Origin: Bacteroidales bacterium
GTDB lineage: Bacteria; Bacteroidota; Bacteroidia; Bacteroidales; JAUNSR01
Direction of reading: 5' to 3'
Assembly: GCA_036655355.1 (NCBI GenBank)
Contig: JAVVQG010000008.1
Location: 30,404-94,403 of the forward strand
DNA length: 64,000 bases
The translations under genes and the position numbers were made by a program. Positions within the stretch are counted from its first letter, which is position 1, and each line of letters begins with the position of its first letter. Below, piece by piece: positions 1 through 8,554 of this stretch. The notes under the pieces were generated by a model. The model ran no database searches, was not told where the DNA came from, and saw only the letters and a list, made by a program, of their open reading frames with translations.

Positions 1-381
1 AAGTCCTCGCCCTACCTGCGAACCGGTGTTTCAGCCAATCCGGGATGGTACACCCTGCCGGATTGTAACAAGAGTTATCCCTACGGACTAAAAGGAACCT
101 CTTTCGCCAATGAAAATACACAACGCCGCTTTTTTTCGAAAAAGCTGATCGTGGCATTGGGCAAAGCCGATGTTGTGGTTGACAGCAACCTGAACACTTC
201 CGCGGGAGCCAATGCTCAGGGAGCCAACCGCTATGCGCGCGGTTTGTATTTCTGGGAAGAATCAAACCGTTTGGCGAATCAAACCGGAACCGCTCTTCTC
301 TGGAATAAACTCGAAGTACCCGGAGTGGGCCATGAATATAAGAAAATGGTAAGCGCCAGCGTCTCCCTGCTTTTCCCTTAA
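1..381 (+). CDS. 3' end of a hydrolase-like protein (partial, enters from window start)
   Basis: Frame 1 is open from base 1 to the TAA at 379-381, so the GTG at 151 in the track is an internal codon. The C-terminal ...VPGVGHEYKKM... resembles the catalytic-His end of alpha/beta-fold esterases. The family assignment is weak. Confidence 0.45.
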   Translation, partial: KSSPYLRTGVSANPGWYTLPDCNKSYPYGLKGTSFANENTQRRFFSKKLIVALGKADVVVDSNLNTSAGANAQGANRYARGLYFWEESNRLANQTGTALLWNKLEVPGVGHEYKKMVSASVSLLFP

Positions 382-451
382 TAGTTGGAAATCAATCTCA
401 AAAAGGCTATATTCGCACCTTCTTACATTCATAAATGGGATATTTTTGTCA

Positions 452-2026
452 ATGATTAATACGCTACGCTCTTTTTGTAACTATTTCAGAATTCGAATTG
501 TTCTTTTACTCCAACTTCTTGCTTTCGGGAACTCTTACATGTTAGCGGAAACTACTGCGGAAATGCCGGTTGTTGGGGCCGCTGAAACCGTTTCGCTGAT
601 GGGGGTAACTGCAGCGGAGAAACCAGCTGTTGGGAACACGGAAACCGATTCGCTGATTGGGGTTGAAGCTTCTACATTCTTTAATAATACACGTTTTGAC
701 TTTTTCTCTGATAAACTGAGCCTGCGCATCCCATTAAAGATCAATGTAGAGAATTATATAGGCGTTATTCTGGCCATCGAATCGAGTGACGGGTCTTTCT
801 TGAACCTGGCATTGGAAACCGAACAGAATAGGGAGAAACAGTTGCTTCTATATACGAAACAGCAAATTTATACCTATCCGGTATTTCCACACCGAAATTC
901 TGTTTCATCTCCTTTCGGAACGTCGACAGACAGCACCATTCTTTCGCTTGCGATAGATTTTAAGAAGAATATTCTCAACCTCAAAATCAACGAAGAACCG
1001 ATCGTGGTGAAAGGATTGGGTCTGACGGTAAACAACGGCTATAAATTCCATCTACTCCCCAACCGGCCGCTGATGGTAAACGGTCGCGAAGTGATCGTAG
1101 CCGGAACGCCCGCTGTTCAGATTACTTCGGTAACCACTCCGCGTTATCCAACCTGGTTTTGGTACATCATCATCTTGTGTGCGGATTTGCTGATCTTTCT
1201 GGTCGTGCACCGAAGACGCAAGAATAAAAAGCAAAAGACTACCGTCCCTTCTCTATCGCAAGAATCGGGCAAAATTCCCCAAAAAGAGAGTGCCGTGGAG
1301 TTTCCGCAGAAGTCGGCGATCTATCTTTTCGGAGGTATGCGCATCTATGATCGTAACGGTGAAGACATCGCCAAACAATTCTCTCCGTTGTTGAAAGAAT
1401 TACTCTCTTTATTGGTGATTACATCCAATCAACAGGGAATCTCCTCGGAAAAACTGAAGGATATTCTGTGGAGTGATAAAAGTGAAGCGAGCGCGCGTAA
1501 TAACCGTGCCGTGAATTTTGGAAAGTTGCGTACCTTGTTGTCGTTGGTGGGGGATTATGAATTGGAGCGTACCAATGGTTATTGGAACCTCTCGTTGCGC
1601 GGTATCTTTTCCGATTACCATGAATATGAGACGTTGGTGGCAACTCCCGAATTGGACCGGCAGCAGATTCGTTCGCTGCTTGCGTTGATTTCGGAAGGCG
1701 TGATTCTCAAGAACTCCGGATATCATTGGCTGGATAAGTACAAGAGTCGTATTTCCGATCAAGTTATCGAGGTATTGAGTCGTTATGCCAATACACCCGA
1801 ACCGGAGAAGGACGTGCAGCTTACGGAGCGAATCGCAGATGCGATGTTCTTGTATGACTCGGTGAATGAGTATGCCCTTCATCTGAAATGCTTCCTTTAC
1901 GTCCATACGGGGAATGCCTATATGGCCAAATCGTTCTTCTGTAAGTTCAGCAAGGAGTATCAATTGCTTTATGGTGAAAATTATCCCTATACGTTAGAGG
2001 ATGTACTGGAACGAAAGTTTCTTTAA
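452..2026 (+). CDS. membrane-anchored SARP-like transcriptional regulator (N-terminal exported domain, one TM, C-terminal OmpR-type winged helix + BTAD-like domain)
   Basis: It has a signal/anchor segment, then about 230 aa of non-cytoplasmic sequence. TM helix WFWYIIILCADLLIFLVV is followed by RRRKNKKQ (positive-inside rule). Next comes LFGGMRIYDRNGEDI...LLKELLSLLV...GISSEKLKDILWSD...NRAVNFGKLRTLL...GYWNLSL, the SARP/AfsR-DnrI DNA-binding pattern, followed by a helical BTAD-like tail. The ATG at 452 is preferred over the TTG at 446. Confidence 0.7.
   Translation: MINTLRSFCNYFRIRIVLLLQLLAFGNSYMLAETTAEMPVVGAAETVSLMGVTAAEKPAVGNTETDSLIGVEASTFFNNTRFDFFSDKLSLRIPLKINVENYIGVILAIESSDGSFLNLALETEQNREKQLLLYTKQQIYTYPVFPHRNSVSSPFGTSTDSTILSLAIDFKKNILNLKINEEPIVVKGLGLTVNNGYKFHLLPNRPLMVNGREVIVAGTPAVQITSVTTPRYPTWFWYIIILCADLLIFLVVHRRRKNKKQKTTVPSLSQESGKIPQKESAVEFPQKSAIYLFGGMRIYDRNGEDIAKQFSPLLKELLSLLVITSNQQGISSEKLKDILWSDKSEASARNNRAVNFGKLRTLLSLVGDYELERTNGYWNLSLRGIFSDYHEYETLVATPELDRQQIRSLLALISEGVILKNSGYHWLDKYKSRISDQVIEVLSRYANTPEPEKDVQLTERIADAMFLYDSVNEYALHLKCFLYVHTGNAYMAKSFFCKFSKEYQLLYGENYPYTLEDVLERKFL
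554..664 (+). repeat. in-frame tandem duplication (54 + 57 nt) inside the regulator's exported domain
   Basis: The units are actgcggaaatgccggttgttggggccgctgaaaccgtttcgctgatgggggta and actgcagcggagaaaccagctgttgggaacacggaaaccgattcgctgattggggtt. They encode TAEMPVVGAAETVSLMGV and TAAEKPAVGNTETDSLIGV. Confidence 0.8.
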
Positions 2027-2040
2027 GCCTCTTTGAAGAA

Positions 2041-2085
2041 AGTCGGGTTTTCGTGAAGTTCTCACGGGAATCCGACTTTTTGTTT
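2041..2085 (+). terminator. intrinsic terminator after the regulator gene
   Basis: Imperfect hairpin agtcgggttttcgtg / cacgggaatccgact, followed by tttttgtttt. Confidence 0.6.
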
Positions 2086-2134
2086 TCATGACTGTACGGA
2101 TTGGAAAGGCTGAACGATCTAAGAAGGGGATTAA

Positions 2135-2168
2135 AAAGAAAAAGCCCGAAAACTTTCGTCTTCGGGCT
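2135..2168 (-). terminator. intrinsic terminator downstream of tRNA-Ser
   Basis: The minus strand reads gcccgaagacgaaagttttcgggc followed by a T-run (A-run on the plus strand, 2135-2143). Confidence 0.6.
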
Positions 2169-2174
2169 TCGTTG

Positions 2175-2261
2175 CGGAGAGAGAGGGATTCAAACCCCCG
2201 GAACCTGTAACAGTTCAACGGTTTTCAAGACCGCCGCAATCGATCACTCTGCCATCTCTCC
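2175..2261 (-). tRNA. tRNA-Ser (anticodon UGA), class II with long variable arm
   Basis: The reverse complement reads GGAGAGATGGCAGAGTGATCGATTGCGGCGGTCTTGAAAACCGTTGAACTGTTACAGGTTCCGGGGGTTTGAATCCCTCTCTCTCCG. The acceptor stem is GGAGAGA/TCTCTCC, the anticodon loop is CTTGAAA, the T-loop is GGTTTGAATCC, and the length is 87 nt. Confidence 0.9.
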
Positions 2262-2428
2262 AGTGCGTCTTCGGGTATTACCCGATTGCGTTGCAAAGGT
2301 AACGTAAAAAGTTTATTTTGCAAATGAATCGGAAACATTTTTTCGAGTATGAACTTTTGAATTGAATAAGTGTTTTCTTAATGTAAACTTATCTGATTCG
2401 TTCCTAGGATTTTCCATGGGAATCAGAG

Positions 2429-2755
2429 ATGAATGTATTCAATAAAAAAATGAAGGATATGACAGACTTTAATGAAATCATTAGTTCCGATAAACCGGTA
2501 TTAGTAGACTTTTTCGCTGAGTGGTGCGGTCCGTGCAAGATGATGAAACCGATTTTGGAAGATTTGAAAACCAAAATAGGCGATTCGGCTACCATTCTCA
2601 AGATTGATGTGGATAAGAATCAGAAGCTGGCTCAGAAATATCAGATTCAGTCCGTGCCCACGTTGATGATCTTTAAAAATGGAAAAGACGTTTGGCGTCA
2701 GTCCGGCGTAATGCAGGTGCCCCAATTGATGGAGTTGATCAATAAATTTAAGTAA
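2429..2755 (+). CDS. trxA: thioredoxin
   Basis: About 105 aa with the [12 protein letters not shown] active site and the thioredoxin C-terminal pattern ([10 protein letters not shown]). The start could instead be the ATG at 2450 or 2459. Confidence 0.9.
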   Translation: MNVFNKKMKDMTDFNEIISSDKPVLVDFFAEWCGPCKMMKPILEDLKTKIGDSATILKIDVDKNQKLAQKYQIQSVPTLMIFKNGKDVWRQSGVMQVPQLMELINKFK

Positions 2756-2818
2756 TTACGCTACAAAAGGCATTCGGACGGCACATCTGAGCTTGATGTA
2801 AAAATAAAAACCCTACAG

Positions 2819-3298
2819 ATGAGAAAGAATCTTCTATTTCTCTTCATGTTGTTCTTTTCCTGCTTTACGATGTCGCTGATCGCACAAGAACAGGGTGAAC
2901 AGCCTGTTCTCTCGGGAAAGCCGATCAAGGTGAATAAAGCGGAATTTATCAAATTGATTTACAATTTTGAAAAGAATCCGGATGCATGGAGCTATGAGGG
3001 AACGCTGCCCTGTATAATCGACTTTTATGCCGATTGGTGCGGTCCGTGTCGAAAACTGGCCCCTACGCTTGAAAAGATAGCCAAATTGTATAAAGGAAAG
3101 GTGATCGTTTATAAGGTGGATGTGGAAGCACAACGTGAACTCGCCGCTTATTTTGGAATCCAGACGTTGCCTACCGTGGTTTTTGTTCCAATCAATGGAC
3201 AGCCACAGGCCGCTATGGGACTGATGCCTCAGGAAACGATTGAGCAGATCATACAGGATGTCTTTCAGATCGCCCCTAAAACGCAAACTGAAATCTAA
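2819..3298 (+). CDS. exported thioredoxin-fold protein
   Basis: N-terminal signal peptide (MRKNLLFLFMLFFSCFTMSLIAQ) followed by a Trx domain with the FYADWCGPCRKL motif. Confidence 0.85.
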   Translation: MRKNLLFLFMLFFSCFTMSLIAQEQGEQPVLSGKPIKVNKAEFIKLIYNFEKNPDAWSYEGTLPCIIDFYADWCGPCRKLAPTLEKIAKLYKGKVIVYKVDVEAQRELAAYFGIQTLPTVVFVPINGQPQAAMGLMPQETIEQIIQDVFQIAPKTQTEI

Positions 3299-3342
3299 AC
3301 TACAACTTGAAGGTTAAACTACAAACTGAAAAGGTGTAACGC

Positions 3343-3404
3343 AAAGAATTCCCTTGTTCTCCCTTTTTCAAATGCTGAAAAGGAGAGAGCAAGGGAATTC
3401 TTTT
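3343..3404. terminator. bidirectional hairpin between convergent trx-like and crp/fnr genes
   Basis: Long stem aaagaattcccttgttctcc ... ggagagagcaagggaattcttt, flanked by A/T runs. Confidence 0.6.
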
Positions 3405-3412
3405 ATACGATG

Positions 3413-4111
3413 TTATCCGAATCGGTTTACTTTTCGGAGTTTCTCTTCGTCGATAATCTTGATCTTGCGCCCGTCTACCGTTACGATACCCTCCGTGCAG
3501 AAGCTCGAAAGCGTGCGGATGGCATTCGATGTGGTCATGTTAGAGAGGTTGGCCAGATCTTCACGTGCCAGATAGATATTAATGGTGCAACCGTCTGATT
3601 CCGTCCCATATTTATCCAAAAGGAATACCAGAGAGTCGGCTAAACGTCCCCGGATATGTTTCTGTGTGAGGTTTACGGTGCGTTCATCCGATTCGCCCAA
3701 GTCAATCGCCAATTCGCGAATAAAGAAAAGAGCCAGCTCATTATTCTTCGTAATGAGATTCTCGATCAGCTTCATCGGAATCAATGCGATGATAGAGGGT
3801 TCAAATGCCGCCGCTTCCGTAACATACGGTTGGCCGGCAAAATAAGCGCGGTAACCGAAATATTGTACGGGACGGATCAGGCGCATGATCTGATTGCGAC
3901 CGCCAATCCCTCCTTTGAATATTTTTACTTTTCCCCTGAAAAGACACATCAGCTGCGTGGCTTCGTCTCCTTCCCGGTAGATGGGTTCATTCTTTTTGTA
4001 TTGCTGGATCTTTGTGTTCTGCATTACCAACTCTTGCTGGTCAGGGGTTAGTAAACTCCAGATATTAGACATGTACTTTGTAATGTCTATTTCGCGAATA
4101 GGTGTTGTCAT
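3413..4111 (-). CDS. Crp/Fnr family transcriptional regulator
   Basis: 232 aa with an N-terminal cNMP-binding beta-roll pattern (FKGKVKIFKGGIGGRNQIMRLIRPVQYFG). The C-terminal HTH is REDLANLSNMTTSNAIRTLSSF. Confidence 0.85.
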   Translation of the reverse strand: MTTPIREIDITKYMSNIWSLLTPDQQELVMQNTKIQQYKKNEPIYREGDEATQLMCLFRGKVKIFKGGIGGRNQIMRLIRPVQYFGYRAYFAGQPYVTEAAAFEPSIIALIPMKLIENLITKNNELALFFIRELAIDLGESDERTVNLTQKHIRGRLADSLVFLLDKYGTESDGCTINIYLAREDLANLSNMTTSNAIRTLSSFCTEGIVTVDGRKIKIIDEEKLRKVNRFG

Positions 4112-4175
4112 GGAAGCCTATTAATAAACAATGTTGTAAAGCACAAATATAATAAATATTAGTATTCGTGTTAAG

Positions 4176-4223
4176 TTTTTATTACAAAAAGAAACCGGCG
4201 CTCGCTTTAAAAACGGGCGCCGG
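4176..4223 (-). terminator. intrinsic terminator after trxB
   Basis: Hairpin aaaccggcgc ... gcgccggttt with A/T runs on both sides. Confidence 0.65.
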
Positions 4224-4238
4224 TTTAAAAAAATATAA

Positions 4239-5189
4239 TTATTTGCCTAAGTCGGCCAAATAACGCTCCACATCGATTGCTGCTTTACATCCTGAACCGG
4301 CAGCTGTAACCGCCTGTCTGTAATGTGGGTCCGCAACGTCTCCGGCAGCAAAAACACCTGCCATATTTGTCGCGGTAGATTTACCTTCGGTGATGATATA
4401 ACCGTGATCGTCTAATTCGATGTATTCGGCAAAGATATCCGTATTCGGTTTGTGGCCGATCGCCAAGAAGAATCCGTCGATAGGCAATGTGAAGATCTCC
4501 TCTTCGTCAGTTCCTTTTTTGCGAACCAGCGTAGCGCCTTCAACACCTTTTTCACCGTATAAACCTACGGTTTGTGTTTCAAACAGGATCTCGATGTTAT
4601 CCTCTTTTTTCACACGAGCCTGCATGATCTTAGATGCACGAAGCTCATCGCGACGAACAATCAGATACACTTTGCTTGCCAAGTGAGAAAGGTAGATCGC
4701 CTCTTCGCAAGCAGTGTCTCCACCACCAACAACGGCAACAACTTTCTTGCGATAGAAGAATCCGTCACACGTAGCACATGCCGAAACACCCATTCCCGCA
4801 TATTTCACCTCGTCTGCGATACCCAGGTATTTAGCGCTCGCACCGGTAGCGATGATGACCGCATCCGCTTCGATCTGTTTCTTTTCATCGATCGTGATGA
4901 TGTGTTTGCCGTCACAGTTGAATTCAACGGAAGTTGCGATACCGAAACGGATGTCCGCTCCAAAGCGTTCAGCCTGTTTCTTCATATCTTCCATCATCTC
5001 AACACCCGTGGTTCCTTCCGGATAGCCCGGGAAGTTTTCCACTTCGGTAGTGATTGTCAACTGGCCGCCTGGTTGGATGCCTTCATATAAAACCGGAGAC
5101 AGGTTGGCGCGACTTGCATAGATCGCCGCAGTATATCCTGCCGGGCCTGATCCGATGATTAAACAACGTACTTTTTCAATAGTTTCCAT
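4239..5189 (-). CDS. trxB: thioredoxin-disulfide reductase
   Basis: 316 aa with the GSGPAGYTAAIYASR FAD motif, the CATCDG redox-active disulfide and the GGGDTACEEA NADPH motif. Confidence 0.95.
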   Translation of the reverse strand: METIEKVRCLIIGSGPAGYTAAIYASRANLSPVLYEGIQPGGQLTITTEVENFPGYPEGTTGVEMMEDMKKQAERFGADIRFGIATSVEFNCDGKHIITIDEKKQIEADAVIIATGASAKYLGIADEVKYAGMGVSACATCDGFFYRKKVVAVVGGGDTACEEAIYLSHLASKVYLIVRRDELRASKIMQARVKKEDNIEILFETQTVGLYGEKGVEGATLVRKKGTDEEEIFTLPIDGFFLAIGHKPNTDIFAEYIELDDHGYIITEGKSTATNMAGVFAAGDVADPHYRQAVTAAGSGCKAAIDVERYLADLGK

Positions 5190-5252
5190 ATGTAATTACA
5201 AGTTAATTTAAAGGGTTAAATGCTCCTGTCGGTTGATTCCTCTTGCTCTGAA

Positions 5253-5894
5253 TCAACGAAGATCGATGATCTCAACCGCAGGGAAGTTTATCTTATTAAA
5301 TACAAACTCCGTATCCTTTAAGTTCAGTTTATCAGTTATTTTTAAGAATGTGATCTCATGTGTCGAGCCTCCCTTCTGACGCAGTGTAATGGAAAGGGGA
5401 CGATGGGTCACCGGATCGATTACAAGATTTACTTGTTGCCACTGAGCGTTTTTCACGGAAGGAATCATCTCAATATCGTATCCCGTTTTCCCTCCCACGT
5501 TCTTCTCGCCTTTGTAGCTTACTTTGAATCCTTTTTTATAGAGACGCAATAAAGCTACGGGGTTAACCGCTTCCACCTCTTCGGGTGTGGGATCCGTCAC
5601 ATTCACCTCTTCGTTACCCTTCACGTAAGACCATTGGGTTTTTCCGTCGAACCAAGTATCGACATCGGGTGTGGAGATATAGAATTTATTCCCCCTGCTT
5701 TTTAATACCCCTTCGAAAGAGTGACTCTCTTTACTCCCTTTTTCCATCTCACGCAGGATGAAAAGAGCTTCCACGCCTGTGTTGTTTTCAAAATAAGCCG
5801 CGCATTTTTCAAGTTCGGCGACGGCTTTTTCCCTATTCTGCCCCGTCACGGAGAAAGAAAGGAGTAAGATAATGCCCAATATCAGATTTCTCAT
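5253..5894 (-). CDS. LolA-like outer-membrane lipoprotein carrier family protein
   Basis: 213 aa with a signal peptide. Size, position downstream of ftsK and the C-terminal ...FVFNKINFPAVEIIDLR pattern are typical of Bacteroidetes LolA-like proteins. Confidence 0.7.
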   Translation of the reverse strand: MRNLILGIILLLSFSVTGQNREKAVAELEKCAAYFENNTGVEALFILREMEKGSKESHSFEGVLKSRGNKFYISTPDVDTWFDGKTQWSYVKGNEEVNVTDPTPEEVEAVNPVALLRLYKKGFKVSYKGEKNVGGKTGYDIEMIPSVKNAQWQQVNLVIDPVTHRPLSITLRQKGGSTHEITFLKITDKLNLKDTEFVFNKINFPAVEIIDLR

Positions 5895-5922
5895 AGCTAT
5901 TTACGGATTTTAATGATTTTAA

Positions 5923-8523
5923 TTATCGCAATTGCTCCAAAACCTGGTCCAGATGCATGTCGTCCATCACCAAAACCTGGCGCGCTTTACTTCCTTCAAA
6001 CGGACCTACGATACCGGCGGCTTCCAACTGATCCATGATGCGTCCGGCGCGATTGTATCCGATGGAGAACTTGCGCTGGATCATCGACGTGGAGCCTTGT
6101 TGATTGGCTACCACCAGTCGGGCGGCTTCTTCGAACATCTGATCGCGATCACGCAGATCGACATCCGATGCGGCATCGCTGCCTTCCACCACATATTCCG
6201 GTAAAAGGAATGCCGTCGGGTAGCCTTGCTGATTACCGATGTATTCGCTCACCTGTTCCACTTCCGGGGTATCGACAAAGGCACACTGTACACGAACCAG
6301 ATCGCCTCCTTGTGAGAAAAGCATATCCCCGCGGCCGATCAGCTGATTGGCTCCCGGAGTATCCAGAATCGTACGTGAGTCAATCATTGAAGAAACACGG
6401 AAGGCGATTCGGGCCGGGAAGTTGGCCTTGATGATACCGGTGATGATGTTTGTTGACGGTCGCTGTGTGGCGATAATCATGTGGATACCTACCGCACGGG
6501 CCAACTGGGCGATACGTGCAATCGGCAATTCCACCTCTTTGCCCGCGGTCATGATCAGATCACCGAACTCATCGACGATTACCACGATGTAAGGCATGTA
6601 GCGGTGTCCTTTTTCCGGGTTCAACTGACGCGACTGGAATTTGACGTTGTACTCCTTGATGTTACGTGTGCTTGCCATTTTGAGCAAGTCGTAACGGTCA
6701 TCCATCTCCTTACAGATCGAATTCAGCGTAGCCACCACCTTCGTTACGTCCGTGATGATCGCCTCTTCCGAATCCGGCAGTTTGGCCAGGAAGTGACGCT
6801 CGATCTTCGAATAGATGTTGAACTCCACCTTTTTCGGATCGATCAGCACCAACTTCAATTGTGCCGGGTGCTTCTTATATAACAAAGAAGTGATGATGGC
6901 GTTCAGTCCGACCGATTTACCCTGTCCGGTTGCCCCCGCAACCAGTACGTGCGGCATTTTGGCAAGGTCGATCATGAAGATCTCGTTGGTGATGGTTTTA
7001 CCCAACGCTACCGGCAGTTCGTATTTCGATTCCTGGAACTTGCGCGAAGCGATGATGGAGTGCATCGGCACCATCTGCGGATCTTTATTCGGCACCTCGA
7101 TACCAACCGTTCCTTTCCCCGGAATCGGAGCGATGATACGGATGCCCAGTGCCGCAAGACTCAACGCGATATCATCTTCGAGACTACGGATCTTGGCGAT
7201 TCGCACGCCCTGTTTCGGGATAATCTCATAAAGTGTGATGGTGGGACCAACCGTTGCGGTGATCGCCTGAATTTCAATACCGTAATTACGCAGCGTATCC
7301 TCGATGCGTTTCTTATTGGCATTCTGTTCCTCCATGTCCACCTCTTTTTCGCCTCCTTCGTATTTATTCAGAAGGTCAAACGATGGGGTTTTATAACGGG
7401 AGAGATCCAGTGTCGGATCATAATCTTCGAGCACTACCGCCTCTACCAACTCTTCGTCCTCCGGTTTTCCGCCGGCGTTGACAACGAATTCGGCACCTTT
7501 CTCCTCTTTCGGTTGCGGTTTCTCTTCCGGAATTACCGGAATGAATTCCGATTCGAACGGCGTTTCGGCGAGTGGGGTAGGAGGGACGATGCGTTCGCGT
7601 GCGTCTTTTGAGATCCAATGCGGATTCTCATGCTCCACTTCGCCCGGTTTACTCAATACGTAGCCCAAATCGTCAAGGGGATCCTTTTCAACTTTGCTCT
7701 TGGGTAGGATAACCTCTTCGAATGGTTTTTCCTCCTCTTCGAATCTCTCGGAGAACATCTCCTCTGCCGGAGCCGGTTTGTAAACGGGTTCCGGAACCGG
7801 TATCGTGGCCGTAAGTTCCTGAGTGGAACGGTCGTCTTCGAACTCCTCAACAGCCTGGTGTTTCTTTCTCGGGAAACGGAACTGTGAAAAGGAAGGTATG
7901 TTGATATGTAGTACCTGACGGATGTAGTCGATCGTTTTGGGACTGGCAACGGTAAGGATGATCAGAAAGCTGAGTGTGATGATCAGGAAAGTTCCGAAGG
8001 TACCGATATTCGCTTTTAACAATAAAGACATATAGTATCCGTGGGCTCCTCCAAGATAGATGAAGCTGTCTTCGTAACCGTTGATGAAAAAGAAGCCGAA
8101 GAACAAAGAACCCCACAACAACAGGATGTTGCAGTATAAGAAGATAGGGGTCAATCTGAAGTCTTTGATTTTCATCATCTTAAGTCCTGCTGCCGCTAGA
8201 AACAAACAGATCAGGAAAGAGGAGATCCCCACCCATCGATTGATCAGCAACTCCGCAAGATAGGCTCCGATGAAACCGGTCCAGTTTTGCAGGTTGTTCT
8301 TGACGTCTGTCAATTGAGAAATCGGAAGGTTTTCCAAACTACTCTGGTCGGCGTCTCCTGTAAAGAAAAACGAAATAAATGAAAGGAAAAGGAATACGGC
8401 AAACATCAGAATGCACATCCCTGCGATAAAACGAGTCCTCTCATTGTGGAGAAAGGTCGAAATTTTCCGCATCATTTTAGGGGAACTTTCCGCATCGCGT
8501 TTTTCAGGTTTCTTTTTACTCAT
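5923..8523 (-). CDS. ftsK: DNA translocase FtsK
   Basis: 866 aa with N-terminal TM helices and an acidic/proline-rich linker. The motor domain has Walker A GATGQGKSV and Walker B VVIVDEF, and there is a C-terminal gamma winged helix (STSMIQRKFSIGYNRAGRIMDQLE). Confidence 0.95.
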   Translation of the reverse strand: MSKKKPEKRDAESSPKMMRKISTFLHNERTRFIAGMCILMFAVFLFLSFISFFFTGDADQSSLENLPISQLTDVKNNLQNWTGFIGAYLAELLINRWVGISSFLICLFLAAAGLKMMKIKDFRLTPIFLYCNILLLWGSLFFGFFFINGYEDSFIYLGGAHGYYMSLLLKANIGTFGTFLIITLSFLIILTVASPKTIDYIRQVLHINIPSFSQFRFPRKKHQAVEEFEDDRSTQELTATIPVPEPVYKPAPAEEMFSERFEEEEKPFEEVILPKSKVEKDPLDDLGYVLSKPGEVEHENPHWISKDARERIVPPTPLAETPFESEFIPVIPEEKPQPKEEKGAEFVVNAGGKPEDEELVEAVVLEDYDPTLDLSRYKTPSFDLLNKYEGGEKEVDMEEQNANKKRIEDTLRNYGIEIQAITATVGPTITLYEIIPKQGVRIAKIRSLEDDIALSLAALGIRIIAPIPGKGTVGIEVPNKDPQMVPMHSIIASRKFQESKYELPVALGKTITNEIFMIDLAKMPHVLVAGATGQGKSVGLNAIITSLLYKKHPAQLKLVLIDPKKVEFNIYSKIERHFLAKLPDSEEAIITDVTKVVATLNSICKEMDDRYDLLKMASTRNIKEYNVKFQSRQLNPEKGHRYMPYIVVIVDEFGDLIMTAGKEVELPIARIAQLARAVGIHMIIATQRPSTNIITGIIKANFPARIAFRVSSMIDSRTILDTPGANQLIGRGDMLFSQGGDLVRVQCAFVDTPEVEQVSEYIGNQQGYPTAFLLPEYVVEGSDAASDVDLRDRDQMFEEAARLVVANQQGSTSMIQRKFSIGYNRAGRIMDQLEAAGIVGPFEGSKARQVLVMDDMHLDQVLEQLR

Positions 8524-8554
8524 GTCTTATGTAATATTTTACGCTTGTTAGATC

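Noticed and set aside
1409-1963. Long antisense ORFs inside confidently called genes. Examples are 1409-1963, 6949-7611, 12041-12703, 13641-14084, 15727-16206, 44809-45393, 48112-48543, 53123-53614 and 60884-61510.
   Set aside because: They are shadow frames opposite strongly motif-supported genes (regulator, ftsK, dxs, tyrA, aminotransferase, GHL10, malQ, nitroreductase, ftsH). Their translations are Arg/Ser/His-rich, low-complexity and typical of antisense reading.
5232-5257. Possible Crp/Fnr binding site: inverted repeat GTTGATTC-N10-GAATCAAC between the lolA-like gene and trxB.
   Set aside because: FNR/CRP-type sites have TTGAT-N4-ATCAA spacing, whereas here the half-sites are 10 nt apart and overlap the lolA-like stop codon. 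A simple RNA hairpin or weak terminator is more likely.
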